DNA of 63,523 nucleotides, the filler included, from Basidioascus undulatus (taxonomy: Eukaryota): NCBI GenBank assembly GCA_000826855.1. It is 3 parts of 3 records of this genome, joined end to end, with 100 filler letters (N's around TTAATTAATTAA, not from the genome) between each part and the next. Parts side by side here need not be neighbours in the genome. Positions count along the whole stretch, not along the records: positions 37,489 to 63,523 come from JTLS01000455.1; 2 more parts are not named here. The stretch is one strand, 5' to 3'. Position numbers and translations under genes: made by a program. The notes under the pieces are model-generated. The model made no database searches and was not told the origin of the DNA. It saw only the letters and a program-made list of their open reading frames with translations. This document shows, piece after piece, positions 51,544-63,523 of this stretch (position 1 is its first letter; each line of letters starts with the position of its first letter).

Positions 51544-52879
51544 CGTCCGAAATGTAGCCTACGCGATCGGCGGTGGGCGGCAGAGGCAACGAGAGAAAGT
51601 CCGATCGACAGCCTGGAGGACGGCGAGACGAAGATGTTCGATCTGCCGAGGTTATAGGCTGGGTGGTGGTCGAGGGGATAGGATGACGGGAGACAACAAG
51701 GACTGGGAGAACGGAGGGAAGGACTGGTCGTCGATGGGTGTAAGACGAGTGGAAGTTGTACAAGCCGAAGCAGGGAAAAGGAAGGTCAGTTCAGGACATT
51801 GCTGTTTTGGCGACCGAGACAAGCATAGTAACTGCGGGCGCTTTCACGCAGCTCCACCGCTGTCCCCCACATTCTCGCCCACCTAGCCGTCCCGCATCGG
51901 AAAAGTCAAGCATGGACTCACCGAAAGAAACGGGTGAGTGTCGGCTGAATGGGAGGAGGAGGAGGATGCGGAGGAGATGATGAGGGCGATGAGGAGAGCC
52001 TCGAGGACCACTGCCGCGTGCCGCACGGTCTTCCACTCATTTTGGGTGGAGGCGCGGACGGCTCGCGGACGCCGCGCGGAAAGCGATGTTGTAATTCGGC
52101 GATCATCTGGCATTCTCCATTCGCAGGCGGTGCAGGCCACTCCCTTCCACAACTTCGCATCCTCGCTCTAGGCCGCAGTTCTTTCAGCAGAATGGATGAA
52201 ATACGCAACGACTCCGCAGCGGAGAAGTTCGCATTGAAAGAAGACGTCGTACTGTATTACATAGCGCCGGGTTGGCTCCTATTGGCTCTGCCCGGTTGTC
52301 CGGTGCCGATCACTCAGCCTGCCGAGTGTCGATCACATCGAATGTGAGAGTTGACATTTTGTGGCATCCCGCTTTCACAGCCACAGATCTGTGTCTTGAC
52401 GGCGAACCAAAGCGGTGTATGACCAGACGCAGGGAGAACAGATTGTACCTTACATAGATCCCGGTCGTACGGCCCCGGCAGCGTGCCCCAGACAGCCGCT
52501 GGCCGCCCGTTTCCCGCAACTCTACAGCGACCTGTTGCACACGGAGGATACACCCGTCATTCGAAGTCTTCAAGGTAGATGACAAATTTCTGCACCTATT
52601 AAAAGGGATGAATGGCTGCTCCTGGTCAGAGGTCGGCAAAGCAGCTGCGTTGTTGATATGCTTTCAAATCCTACACAGGCCCAGTGGCTCTGCCACAGTG
52701 CCAGCCTGTCCTCCCCAGGCACTCAAAGGTCAGGCAAAATGTACCGAATGTTCCTGGAGTAATTTTAATTCTCTTTTGAGATCCTGGATGCCCATGCCAT
52801 GCGGAAACAGTATGCCGCATTGTTTTCTGGGGCAGGCAACGGTCAACCACGCAGGGACTCCGGGCTCTCTGGCTCCGCA

Positions 52880-53560
52880 TTGGCTGCTCTATATTGCACA
52901 GGTGTCTTCTGTCCACATCACTTTTTCCACATTTGCTAAAAATATCTGCCGCATCATTCTCCGTCGGAATCTGCTGTGACGCTAGCTGGCTCTGCCGTAC
53001 TCTGTCCCCGAGCCTGCGCAGCTGCCGGGCGCCTCGAAGCATAGCTGGGCCTCAGATAGCTTTTAAGAAGCCAAAAGTAGCATCATCTAAAATATGAAAG
53101 CATAGATTGTTTGTTACTTGAGGTAAGACCCTTTAGTATGCCCATGAGGGCGGCACTCCATGAAGTCCTGCACGCTCGGGACTACTTGGGACATGGCCTC
53201 TGCAGGGCCATCGAGTGCAGCACACTGTGAATTGGTAGAGCTTGTGTGCAAAGGATTGAGGTACTTCGCCTCAAGGTCTCGCATTATCACCAAACCCCCA
53301 GCAAGGAAGCCACGGTGATGGAAGTCTCGCCATGCTCAGTGACCGCGCTGCTGAGCTGCCGTGTCGATTCCGGGAACAGGGTAGGAAAGAATAGAGAGTA
53401 CCTCTAAGAGGGCACCAGAATGTACTCAAAACCACTTCACAAAGGAGATTGAAGGATGTGTGGAAATTCCCTATCTTGGTGCTCGCCGCTATTTGACATG
53501 CCCGGCGTTCAAGTTGCCTTGCGCTCCCCCATGCTGAAGGCATTCCTTCTCGACTGGCTT
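52880..53560 (-). mobile_element. Degenerate Ty1/copia retrotransposon pol fragment (RNase H)
   Basis: Motifs in copia RNase H order: SAWGSARQ...IAAST, GDNA, DRVRQSQLASQQIPTENDAADIFSK; broken by stops and shifts. Confidence 0.55.
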
Positions 53561-55003
53561 ATCATCAATCATAAAAGTTCATATAACACATACCATGTTT
53601 CAGCACCGCTCGATCGTTGTACACACGTGCATATATTCCTCGTTCGCCTGGGTATCCATTGCTTGCTTATGCAGCATTCGCGCGCTTGCGTTCGCAGATC
53701 GTTCGAGGATGATTCGGACTATGCCCACCTCTGACCGTTCGAAAATACCTCCCTTCTTTGTGCGGCGTTTCCTTGTGTAGCTTTGGCGGTTCGGCATTTG
53801 GCCTGCATTCACGCGTTCTCATGTCGTTCGCTGCTCGTCCGCAAAAACAAAACCTCCAATGCCAGCCAGCCCTTGATCCCCTTTTCTTCACACACTCACT
53901 TCCACTCACTTAAGTAGTGCTATTCTTTTAGTTGAGCCATATGCCCTAGCCAACACACCTTGCCTTCGCCCCATGGTCCTCAACGCACTCGAGGTAGTCG
54001 ATCTTGACCCCTGGCTGGAGGACGTGGTCAAGCTCGACACGCAAACGTGCTGCCGCCTTTTCGCCTCTACGAGCTCCCTGAATACCATCAAGGAATTTGA
54101 ATAACAGGTCAAGCTTTGACTGGCCAAGCCCAACGGCGTGAGAACATCAACACTCGCGGAGTGGCGCACGTAGTGCTCGACCCGCTCCTCCCGATCTTGC
54201 AAAATGAGCGCGATTCCCTCGAGCACTTCATGAACAAGGACGGCCAAGATCTTCGGAGGAGGTTCACCGCCCTGGAGGTGTTGAAGCGCGCTTGCGTACA
54301 GGAAGAGCGCAAGACACCCGTCGACAGCGCTTGCGCGGCTGAAGGGCATCCTTGCCCAGGGCACACGGGAGGTTGAGGAGATCACTGCGAGGTATGCCAG
54401 GGCAGCCCCACGAGCTCGGGAGATAATCCGGTTCTCGGACGAACTGTTGCATCGTGGACGGGAGATCCTTGCCGCCGTTAAAAGTGGTAACTGAGGTGCG
54501 CATGTCGAGCTGTGCCTTCGCCTATTCGGAAAGGTTGCAGAGTGGTTGACTTACGGAAAGCGACCTATATATGGTATTGCTTTAGGGCCCTTGCTTATCT
54601 CCGGTGCGGCTCAGCAACCGTCTATATTGCCGAAGGCGGCTGTACAGCTGCAGGTGCAAATGTAGGCAAATGGCGCATTTGATTGTCGAACACGACCGCC
54701 TGTCACAGTCGGTGACTGCAGAGGTGGGACGGGCCTGTCTGTCCTTAGGTTTGGAGGCTTGCACTTCAGCACTTGTGATTGACCGTCTTGCAGGGTGAAC
54801 GAGAGCAGTTGTGTTTGCGGTCAAGCTTATCAATGATACAGGAAGCGGATCTCAGACAACATGGTGTTATGTGTTGCAATTCGAGGTCTAGGCGAACAAA
54901 TATGAAAAACAGAACGACGTGAGTACAGTTCTGTGAAGCTTCCTGTGCAGGAGCATCAGCATTCACGAGAAAGACATTGCATCAAGCATTTGAGCAACTC
55001 ACC

Positions 55004-55532
55004 TCACTCAACGGTGATGCGCTGCGCAGCGGGCGCCTGGACCTTCGGGTACGTCAGCAACGCGGAGGACGCCGTCCTCAAGCCTGGCCTTGATCTCCTC
55101 CGACTCGAGGCCCTGCGGGACCGGCAGACTGCGCGCGAACGAACCAAAACGGCGCTCGTGGACGATGTGCGCGCTGTACTTGCTCGTCACGGACTTAGTG
55201 GTCTCGCCCGAGACAGTCAGATCTCAGACGCCCGCCGTCGAGATTGATGGGGACGTCCTCCTTCTTGAGGACGGGAGCTCAAGAGTTGCAGTGATGTTGT
55301 TCTTTCCCTCGTGCACGTACAGTATGTAAAGGTAATCAGCGGATAGCCGCCGCATGCACAGGGCCGGAGTTAGAGAGGAAGAGAAACGCGCAACTCACTT
55401 GGAGCGAAGGAGCGCCTTCGTGGGTAACAACTGCTCGTGGTTGTTGCGGGGAGCGCCACCAGAGCTCTGGGCGATAGCCTGGCCGAAAATGCGCTGGAAG
55501 TCCGCAAAGGGATCGGTGAAGATGAGGGACAT
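55004..55532 (-). pseudogene. Small heat shock protein (Hsp20/alpha-crystallin) pseudogene
   Basis: MSLIFTDPFADFQRIF; ITATLELP..KKEDV; TVSGE; ERRFGSFARSLPVPQG; IKARLEDGVL; intron acceptor reads AT instead of AG; three frameshifts. Confidence 0.88.
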
Positions 55533-56539
55533 TGTGGTGCGTTAAAAAGCGATGTGTGCGCGAATGCGAAAGCGGATGCGTGTGGGCGCGAGTGTGAATG
55601 TGGTTGGGGTGACTGAATTGACCTCCAGCAGGTGATTTCCATGGCATTATATATTAGTATTGAATGCTTCATCCTGCCGCCTGCCAGCAGCGCCGGGGCG
55701 CTACGATGTGGAGCTAGGCGAGCGGAGAAGGACTGAGAAAGCTTGGGCGAGCTCGACAGCCCATCACGCGACAGACGGGAGTGTGACTGCAATTGAAGGT
55801 TGTACTCTACAAGCACATTTTTGTTACTATTGATCAACTTCGAGAATGGCAAAGAACAATCGCGTGCTTTCAGTAGCTGGGTAGCGAAGTAGCAGCATGA
55901 GTGCTGGGGCCAGGGTCAGAATTCAAGCGGTGAACACGGGTACGAGAGTGCACCGATAATCAAATGCACAACAGTGAGATTCCAGAAGGTTGGGTGGAAA
56001 ACATGTAACATCGCTCAACACGTCTGTTGCCGAGTGAATGGTCCATCCAAAGTGTCTCCCGTGAACGGGCGCGGANGGGGGGGGGGGGTTCATTTGCAGG
56101 AAGTGCCAGGCCGGGCATATACCGTTGCAAAAGTCCCTATACTCAAGATCTTCACAGTTCCAAAAGCATTAAACACGGTTATTTTATTAATGCAGGCCAA
56201 GCATGCCCGATATAATGTGAGCGACGGGCGACGCGATGGATCCTCCCCTGTGCAAGGCCAAAGGGGGGTCCACCTGGAGGGCGAGATTTACTATCATGGC
56301 TGACGCACTGTGCACATGCTAGGTCCTTGTAACTTGATAATCTGGCGGACGGAGGCTGACACGGACGCTCCTCCACGCACGGAATGCTTGCGGGCGCAGT
56401 GAGCGCTTGCGACGCAGCAGACGTCAGCTGGCTGGTCCGGTACTCTTGGAGGAAACGGTATGGGGTACAAAAGAGAGAAGAACTTAGACCTCTTCCAGAA
56501 AGCCCCTCCAACAAACCCTTCCCATCTATCAAGGCCGAT

Positions 56540-58320
56540 ATGCCCATCGACTTCACTCTCACCAAGCAGCAGCGTGCAGCCCACCTCGCAGCGCGCGAAT
56601 TCGCACAATGGACATCGCCCCTGCCCGGAAGGAGTACATCGGACTGCCGACTGCTTTCGCCCGGTTTCAGGCTACCAAGGCGGCATACGATGCGGCTGTC
56701 AAGGAGGCTTTCTCGCTGGGCAGATACCGCCTGCCATGGGGGGAAGTGCGGCCAGCTTGGTGGATGCGGCCATCGTGTACGTCTAAAGATTCTATCTCGG
56801 CACCCCCTTTTCAGATTTTGCTGATCCTACCTTCAACAGGGCCGAGGAGCTTTCTGCAGTCGACCCGTCTATCACCCTCACTGTCCTCGGCGATGGGCTC
56901 GGCCTCGCCCCCATCACCGGCTTCGGCACTCGGGAGCAGCAGGCAAAGTTCCTCGCCCCGTTCCTCACCAAGACGGGCTCATCCATGGCCAGCTTGGTTT
57001 CTACGGTAGACATCCCTCCTGTCTTCATGCTGTGATGGTGACTAAGATGTCACCCCCGCTCCCACTATCAGGAGGTTGGAGGCACGGCCAACTCAATCGC
57101 GATCAAGGACGGAGATGCATGGATGCTGACTGGTGATAAAGTCTGGGCGGTACGTTCTTTTCCCACATGTTGAAAACTTAGGCTTCAGGACTTTGCTGAC
57201 GCTCTAGGATCCTCAGACCGACTGCGCGGGATGGGACTTGAAAGTAACAAGTATTGCCCGTATCTACAAGTTTCCACAACCATCTGCATCGGACTTTCTC
57301 CTCCAGGGTGCCGACGTGCAGTCGGTTGTCTACAAAACCGATCCGCATCAGTCGCCACCGAGACCGCCGCAGTCTTGGTTGTCACTCGCGAGGACATCGA
57401 GCGCAATGCACCTGGGGCCTTTGAGGTCATACACGACATCGAGAGTAAGTCGCACAAACCCCCACCTGCCTCCTTGGGTGCTTGTTCGGATTCGGACAGC
57501 GGTGGGACTCAGAGCCACGTCGGGTCCCAGGATTAAGTATCGCGGCTTGCGATGATCGGCCGTCCCGGCGAGGGTCCCAAGATAGTCGAAACGAGCTTCA
57601 GGGCGTCGTGAGTGTTTCTTCTTGGACCGCTGTCGCTCCCTGCGGGACTGACAGTTGCTCATACAGGGCCGCGATGGTGGGCGTGCTAAACACTGGCATC
57701 ATGCGCAGGCCTTTCGAGGAGGCCTTGCGGTTCGCAACGACGGACTCGCGGAACGGTCCTTTACACCAGTGGGTGGCCGACCTCCTCGTCGAAATGAAGT
57801 GCAAGCTCGAAGCTGTAAGCCTTTCCTTGATTCATACCCCTGCTGATCTGATTTTGATTCGCTACTTCACATGGAAGGCCCTTGATGGCTCGAGAAGAAT
57901 GGGCACCCAGAAGGCAAGTCAAGAGCGAGTACTCGCACATTCCACGCGAACATTGGCACTGTAGAATCTGACTCTTGACAGTCTTCGCCTCTGAGGCACC
58001 ATGGCAGTGGTATACGACGCCTGCCGTCTCGTCGGGGCCGAATCTTACGAAACGAGCGTCCATGCAGGTTGTCTGAGAAGTGCTCACCGTGACAGCCTTA
58101 CAAAATGACGGACGCTCTGTTACCAGGACGCTCTTGCCAGTATGACTTGGACTTCTCATTTCGCCTTATTACGCTGAGCTAAACCCTGAACTTTAGTGGC
58201 AATAGTCGATGGCGGAAACGTGTCGGAGTTCGATGCCCTCAGCTGCAGAAGCTCTTCATGTCCGCCGAGTACGATTCGTTCTCTCTCGCGGGAGCCTCCC
58301 CTCCGAGCAGCGAGGACTGA
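56540..58320 (+). pseudogene. Nitroalkane oxidase (acyl-CoA dehydrogenase superfamily) pseudogene
   Basis: MPIDFTLT..., RFQATKAAY, EELSAVDPS, GGTAN, GDKVW, CAGWDL..GAD, VLVVTREDI, ATSGPRI, FEEALRFATTDSR, VADLL, DGGN; resembles Fusarium NAO from memory; several frameshifts and an in-frame stop. Confidence 0.82.
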
Positions 58321-59193
58321 GCAAGATATGCATGTATATATAATTTGGGAAATCCAGTTGCAGGGTAGAGCGAGCATGCCTGGCCATGGAACACTTTAGT
58401 CTGTTGTCAAGGATAACGTGAAAGAGGGTCGACAGAAAGTAGCGCAGCCAAGCTCCCGCTTCCACAGTGCACCAAGTCAGCATGTTTCTGTCAAACGACA
58501 ATTTTAGCGAGGCCGAACACTTTGAATAGCTGTTTCAGCCGGCGATCTTGTCCTCGATCGAGTCGTCAGCGGAGCCAACCTTGCGCAACGAGCGGATATG
58601 TGTTTCAGCAACTTCCTGCTACTGCTTTCAGTTTGCTCTCCCCGGGACAGATGCACCATGTTGTGATATTTTTCTTTTTACAAAGCTCCCGTATTGATGA
58701 CGGGCTTGTCAAGCTGTGCTCCCGGGCATGGCTTGGATGATCCGATTTTTGGACGCGTTGTTGCAGCTTGCTCACTGGCAGCCGCGTGCTGTTTGTCAGC
58801 TTGGCAGTGAGATGAATGAATGCCCCTCGAGAAAAGAGCACCGGACAGAGATTCCAAGTCTCGACGCCATAGGATTGTGCCCGCTCTCTGAACACCTTGC
58901 CGGGCTGCGTGCCGAGTGAGGACCTGCCAATGCCGTCGGGAGAAACGGATTTCATGGCAGGACATGAAGGGATGCCAACAACCCCTTTGGCGGTCCCGAG
59001 CCGCTTATCGTTTGCTTCTGTATTCCATCGAAGACTCGTCGGAATCGAAGGAGAACATGGTCGGTCTTGCATGAGGCGGACGAGCGCGGCTGCCTGCTCC
59101 AACCCGATTCGTTTCGTTCTAGGCGTCTCCCAACCGCTCAAACTGATCAGAGGCCGCATCAAAAGCCGCATCCAAATCCACCCATCTATCCAT

Positions 59194-60361
59194 CTAAGCG
59201 ACCTTCCTCCACCTCCCCTGAATCCACCTCCTCTCCCGTCCCGTCTGCTTCTCCCTCCCCTCCTGCCGTCTATCCTCGCCCACCACCTCGACCCCCAAGC
59301 ACTCCCATCCCCCGAAAACCTCAAACAGCCCCCGCAGCTCGTCCTCCCCAAAGAAGTACGTCCCCGTCCCGTCCCCGCGCTTGTACCACTCCTTCTCCCC
59401 GCTCAGCTTGTTCGGCTGCGCGTACGCCGCCGACGGCCGCGCGTTCAGTTTCACTTGGGAATAGTCGTGCAGCGCATAGTCCCGGAATAGGAGAATTCCC
59501 CCTGGAGAGAGCGAGGCGTGCAGCTTCTTGAGCGCGGGGAGGAACGCGTGCGGCGCTAGAGCGGAGAGGACGAAAATGAGGGAGGCGAGGGGGACGCCGG
59601 TCGCGGGGGAGGGAGAGGAAGGTTCGTTGGAGGAGGTGCTGAAATGTGAGGAGGATAGGAGGGGGAGGAGAGGCTCGGGTGAGGAAAGGTCGTGTACGAA
59701 TGCGTGGACACGTGAGGGCGTGTAAGAGGGGTGGCTCTGCAGGCGGGGTGGTGTCAGCCTGGCGGGGTGGGAAGGGAATGAGGGAGACAAGGACCTTGAC
59801 ATGTTCTATTGCTCGCGGAGAAAAGTCACACGAGTGTACCCGAAGCCGGGGGTACTTCTCAATCAACGGATCTGTGGGTTCGTCCCCCTCCTCATCAGCC
59901 TTCACTCCTGCGAGCGCGTCAAGACGGACCACAAAGCAAACGCACATAAGAAGTTCCCCACGCCGCAACCGACCTCCAGTACCGTCATCTTACCATCCCG
60001 ACCGCCGTTCAGCTGCGTTACCCAAAGAGCCTGAGCAACCGGCGCAGACGCACCTCCTCCCCTTCCGGCAGGTCGCCCATCCGCAGCTCCTCGAACTCGC
60101 GGTCCGTCCAGTGCCGGTCCTTGAAGAACTTGGTCGCGTGGTTCTTGTAGAAAAGGTCCCTGTTCGCAATCACCTTGTAAGCTGACTGTAGGGGCGCGGG
60201 GAGGTGTGTGAGGAAACGGACCAGTTGCGCGCGGCTTCGCGCTCGTGCTTGGCGACCACGAAGGGGGACGCGATGGCCTGCGGAGCGCGAGTTTCAGTCG
60301 AACTGTGAAGGAGAAGAGGGACAGGGAGAGACGGTACTGGTGATGGGGTTGAGGAGGACAT
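59194..60361 (-). CDS. tRNA N3-methylcytidine methyltransferase (METTL6/Trm140-Trm141 family)
   Basis: AARNW|DLFYKNHATKFFKDRHWTDREF, VLEVGCGVGN, CDFSPRAI, SLIFVLSA, GGILLFRDYALHD, YKRGDGT..YFF, RRWIQG. Confidence 0.92.
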
Positions 60362-60776
60362 AGTCCTGGGTAAATGATCAGGGAGGAGATGGGCGAAGCG
60401 AGAAGACCGCCGTGTGCAGTCAAGTTCCAACCAGGAGCAGAGCCAGGTTCAGAGCCTGCGTGGGAAAGTACGGCGGATTTTGACCGCCCAGCTCCCGATG
60501 GGCGTCCGATGATTCTGTTGTGTTGCAGGACAGCAAGACTTTGAATATAACATTCACGTGGCCTCTCATGTCTATCACTGTGTGAAGAAGAGGTTTGGGG
60601 ACGACGTCCTGGAGGGGGTCTGCATGCGCCTGTTCCCTCGCCAGACGCTTTCTGACTAATGGAACGCGACCACACAGTCAGCAGCAGGATCGCTTGAAGC
60701 AGGAGTGGTATGCAATGCAATGCAGTAAGTCCGTCTCCGGGTCCTCCAACGCTCAACACCCGCCTACACTCCAAAT

Positions 60777-61576
60777 CTATGCCTTCCCGTCCCCCTTCTT
60801 CTCCTCCGCGCCCTCCGCCTTCACGCCCTCCTCCACCTTGGCTCCCTCGGCCGCCTGCGCGCCCTCGGCGCCCTCCTCTCCCTTTGGCAGCGCCTCCGCC
60901 TCCTCCGCGGCCTTCAGCTCCGCCTCGAGGCGCTCCCGCGCGCGCACGACCTTGCTCTGCAGGTAGTGCGAGTACGGTGGGGGCTCGATCTTCGCGGGCT
61001 TGGTGTGTCTCCGCCCGGGCCGGCGCGCGGGCTGCTCTGGCGTGGGCTCCGCGGGCGCTTCGGGCGGTGGGGGAGGGGCGTTGACGGAGAAGAGGTGCTC
61101 GTAGTTCTTTGGGCACGCTCGTGTTCGTTCAGCCAAGTGAGTAGGGCCGCTGGAGGGGAGGAAGGGAGGGGACGCACTTTGAGGATCTCCTCCGTCGTCG
61201 CACCCGGCTTCACATTCAGAATCAATCGCGCCTCGTCGATCGTCATGCGCATCTGCCGGCTCAGCGCCTGCGTCGGGTTCGCGCCCTTGGCGCCCGCGCC
61301 CGCCGCCCCGCTGTCACCGCCGCCGCTCTCTGCCTGGTCCTGCTTGTACGTCGCATCTAGACACACGAACCATCCACCATAAGCACATCATCCCCTCATA
61401 ATGAAGGGGGAAAGACGCACTCCTCGCTGCCTGCCGCCCCATCTCCACAAACGCCTTCCCCACCGCCCGCGTAGTCCCGAACGCGACCTGCGCAATCACG
61501 CGTGGCAATGACTATTTCGTGAAAGCTATATACTCAGTATATTTCCCCGAGGATGAAAAGACGTGTGGCGGACCAT
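60777..61576 (-). CDS. PAM16: Mitochondrial import motor subunit Pam16/Tim16
   Basis: ATG-only first exon; GKAFVEMGRQAAR, MTIDEARLILNV, NYEHLFSVN, SHYLQSKVVRARERLEAE. Confidence 0.94.
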
Positions 61577-61951
61577 ATTGAGGGTATCGAGCGTGGGTGA
61601 AGTTGGCGATGGGAGAAGACGGACGCGGCCGAATGCCGAGTCGAACCGAAGAGTAGGCGAGCACCGAAATGAATTGCAGGCAGGCCGATGGCAAAGGCAC
61701 GTGAAAGTCGACCGTCCTCCCTTTTCACTCTCGTTTTGCAAGCTCACCGAAATCACAAGTTGGTGATGAATCCTCCTTGCTAAGGAAAATGCTCTGTGTC
61801 GTCGCGCCGCTCTATTGTTCGCGAGCCCTTGCCGTGAGCGAGGAGAAGGGACGCCGTAAGCGCAACGCAAGCCATCGCAAACAGTCAAGCAAGTAGTCAA
61901 GCAAGCAGTCCATCTTTGATGCCTCCCGCATTCCTTCCCCATCTCCCTTAC

Positions 61952-63523
61952 CTACGCGCAATCGACGAGCCAGCCCTCCTGGCCATGCTCGAGCTTCTTC
62001 GCGCCCCTCATCCTTCCCTCCATCTCGCTCCTGAGCCACTCGCCGAGCGCGACGTCGCCCTGCTCCCCAACAACAGTGACGAAGCGCACGGGCTGCCCGT
62101 CCTCCTCCCACCCGATTTTCTCGATCGGGATGATGAGCACCGCGGTCCCGCTTCCGAAGAGCTCGACGACGCGCCCCTCGGTCGAGAGATTGTACAGCTC
62201 GGACATCGTGATGTTCCGCTCCCTCACGCGCGGCTTGATCGGATGGTTCGCCGCGAGGGACAGCACCGTCGAGCGCGTGATGCCCGGGAGGACGAGGCCG
62301 TTGAGGGGGGGTGTGATGAGCTCGAGGGCTGTGGGAGCGCGAGGTGGTCAGATGGCGGGCGGCATAAGGAGCGAGGATAAAAGACGGACAGCCATCCTTG
62401 TCCCGGATGAGCGCGAAGAAGTTGGCCTGGCCGACTACGAGAACGACTGTCTGTCAGTCATAGCGAAAGGCCAAGCGACGGAAGAAAGCACACCTTCAGT
62501 GATTTGCCGATCCTCACCGAACAGCCACAGGTTCTGGTTGTACCCGCGCTCCTCCGCACTGATGAGGGGAGTAAACGTGGACTATCGAGACGAAGGAAAA
62601 GGGTAACCGAACTTAATCAACGGATGTCATCAATGAAAACAACCGATGACGAGGACGCACAGCATAGTTGAGAGAGAGCTTGTGCCCGCCCGTGCCGCCT
62701 GGCCAGGAGCGGACGTAGTTCGGGTCCGCAAGAAGGGAGACGGGTTTCGGAAAGTATGGGCCGGCAGGGGAGGCGATCTGCAGAATAACGAGGTTCAACG
62801 GCGGCTATGCTGTGTAGTTTAGCTCGAAGGTAACTGACGACGTAGAGGAGCGCCTCAGGGCTCTGGCCTGTGGTCGAGCGCATGAGCAGAGGCCAAGCGC
62901 GGTCAATTGGGAAAGGCACACGCACGAACGCCAAGCGATGGTCGGATGCCGATGATCACCGGACGGATGTACAGCGAGGTGCCGGGGGCGGTGGGGATCC
63001 ACGCAGCGTCGAGGGTGACCTGCCGCATACATTGCTCAGCTTGGCTTCGTCTCACGACCACGGAGAGACACGACACGCACAAGCGTCTTGATAAGGCCCA
63101 GCAGCGCCTCCTCGTCGAACGTCGGCAGTGCAGCGCGCTCGGCGCTGCGACGGAGCCGCGCCATGTTGTCCCGCGGCCGCCAGAGCACCGGCTTGCCCGT
63201 CTTCTCGCTGATGAAGGCCTGCCATCGAAGATGCTCAGCTGCCCATCCCCCAGAGGCATTGCGGTGAGAAGCTCACCTTCATGCCCTCGAAACACGACGG
63301 CCTGCAGTCACTCTGAGCTTCCTTCCACGCAAGCTAGGCCTTGACCCTTTGGGGAGAGATACTCACGCGTAGTGGAAGACGGCCGCGCTGGGATCGAGGC
63401 TGATGGGCGCGTACGGCCCGATCTCAGGGGAGCTCCAGCCGGTGACGGGGGAGAAGGACGCGCGCAGCATGTGCGGGGCGAACGCATGGCCGAAAACGAG
63501 GGTCTCGGTCGGCGGCGGGGGCG
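61952..63523 (-). CDS. Branched-chain amino acid aminotransferase (Bat1/Bat2-like); 5' end beyond the window
   Basis: LVFGHAFAPHML, AVFHY, FEGMK, NMARLRRSAERAALP, SLYIRP, YVRSWPGGTGGHKLSLNYA, QNLWLFG, LPGITRSTVL, ELFGSGTA. Confidence 0.95.

Noticed and set aside
59990..60055. Possible programmed +1 frameshift as in yeast ABP140
   Set aside because: The frame change is explained by a normal GT-AG intron, and there is no CTTAGGC site.

Overview
This is eukaryotic, intron-rich fungal DNA, most likely from a basidiomycete (short GT-AG introns with CTRAY branch points, GC-rich exons). It contains two 100-nt scaffold joins (44 N + TTAATTAATTAA + 44 N). The recognisable housekeeping genes read as intact after splicing in the parts I traced: RLI1/ABCE1 (partial), ARG8, an OXLD1-like gene, YRA1 (runs into a gap), bleomycin hydrolase LAP3, an HDHD5/CECR5-like HAD hydrolase, RPA12, POS5-like NADH kinase, a tyrosine phosphatase (partial), MSH1, a METTL6/Trm140-like tRNA m3C methyltransferase, PAM16 and a branched-chain aminotransferase (partial). 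Most accessory genes are damaged: two paralogous F-box-like pseudogenes, a signal-peptide-bearing beta-carbonic anhydrase with no canonical start next to the signal peptide and two frameshifts, one of two Stealth-family (Xpt1-like) paralogs, a small HSP and a nitroalkane oxidase. There is also a Ty1/copia RNase H relic, a possible solo LTR and a perfect palindrome. I found no rRNA, tRNA or CRISPR array, and no clear-cut novel multi-gene system. The best leads are the selective decay of accessory genes, the Stealth pair, the secreted beta-CA and the YRA1 long intron. Gene coordinates span introns and were spliced by eye; family calls come from remembered motifs, not database searches.
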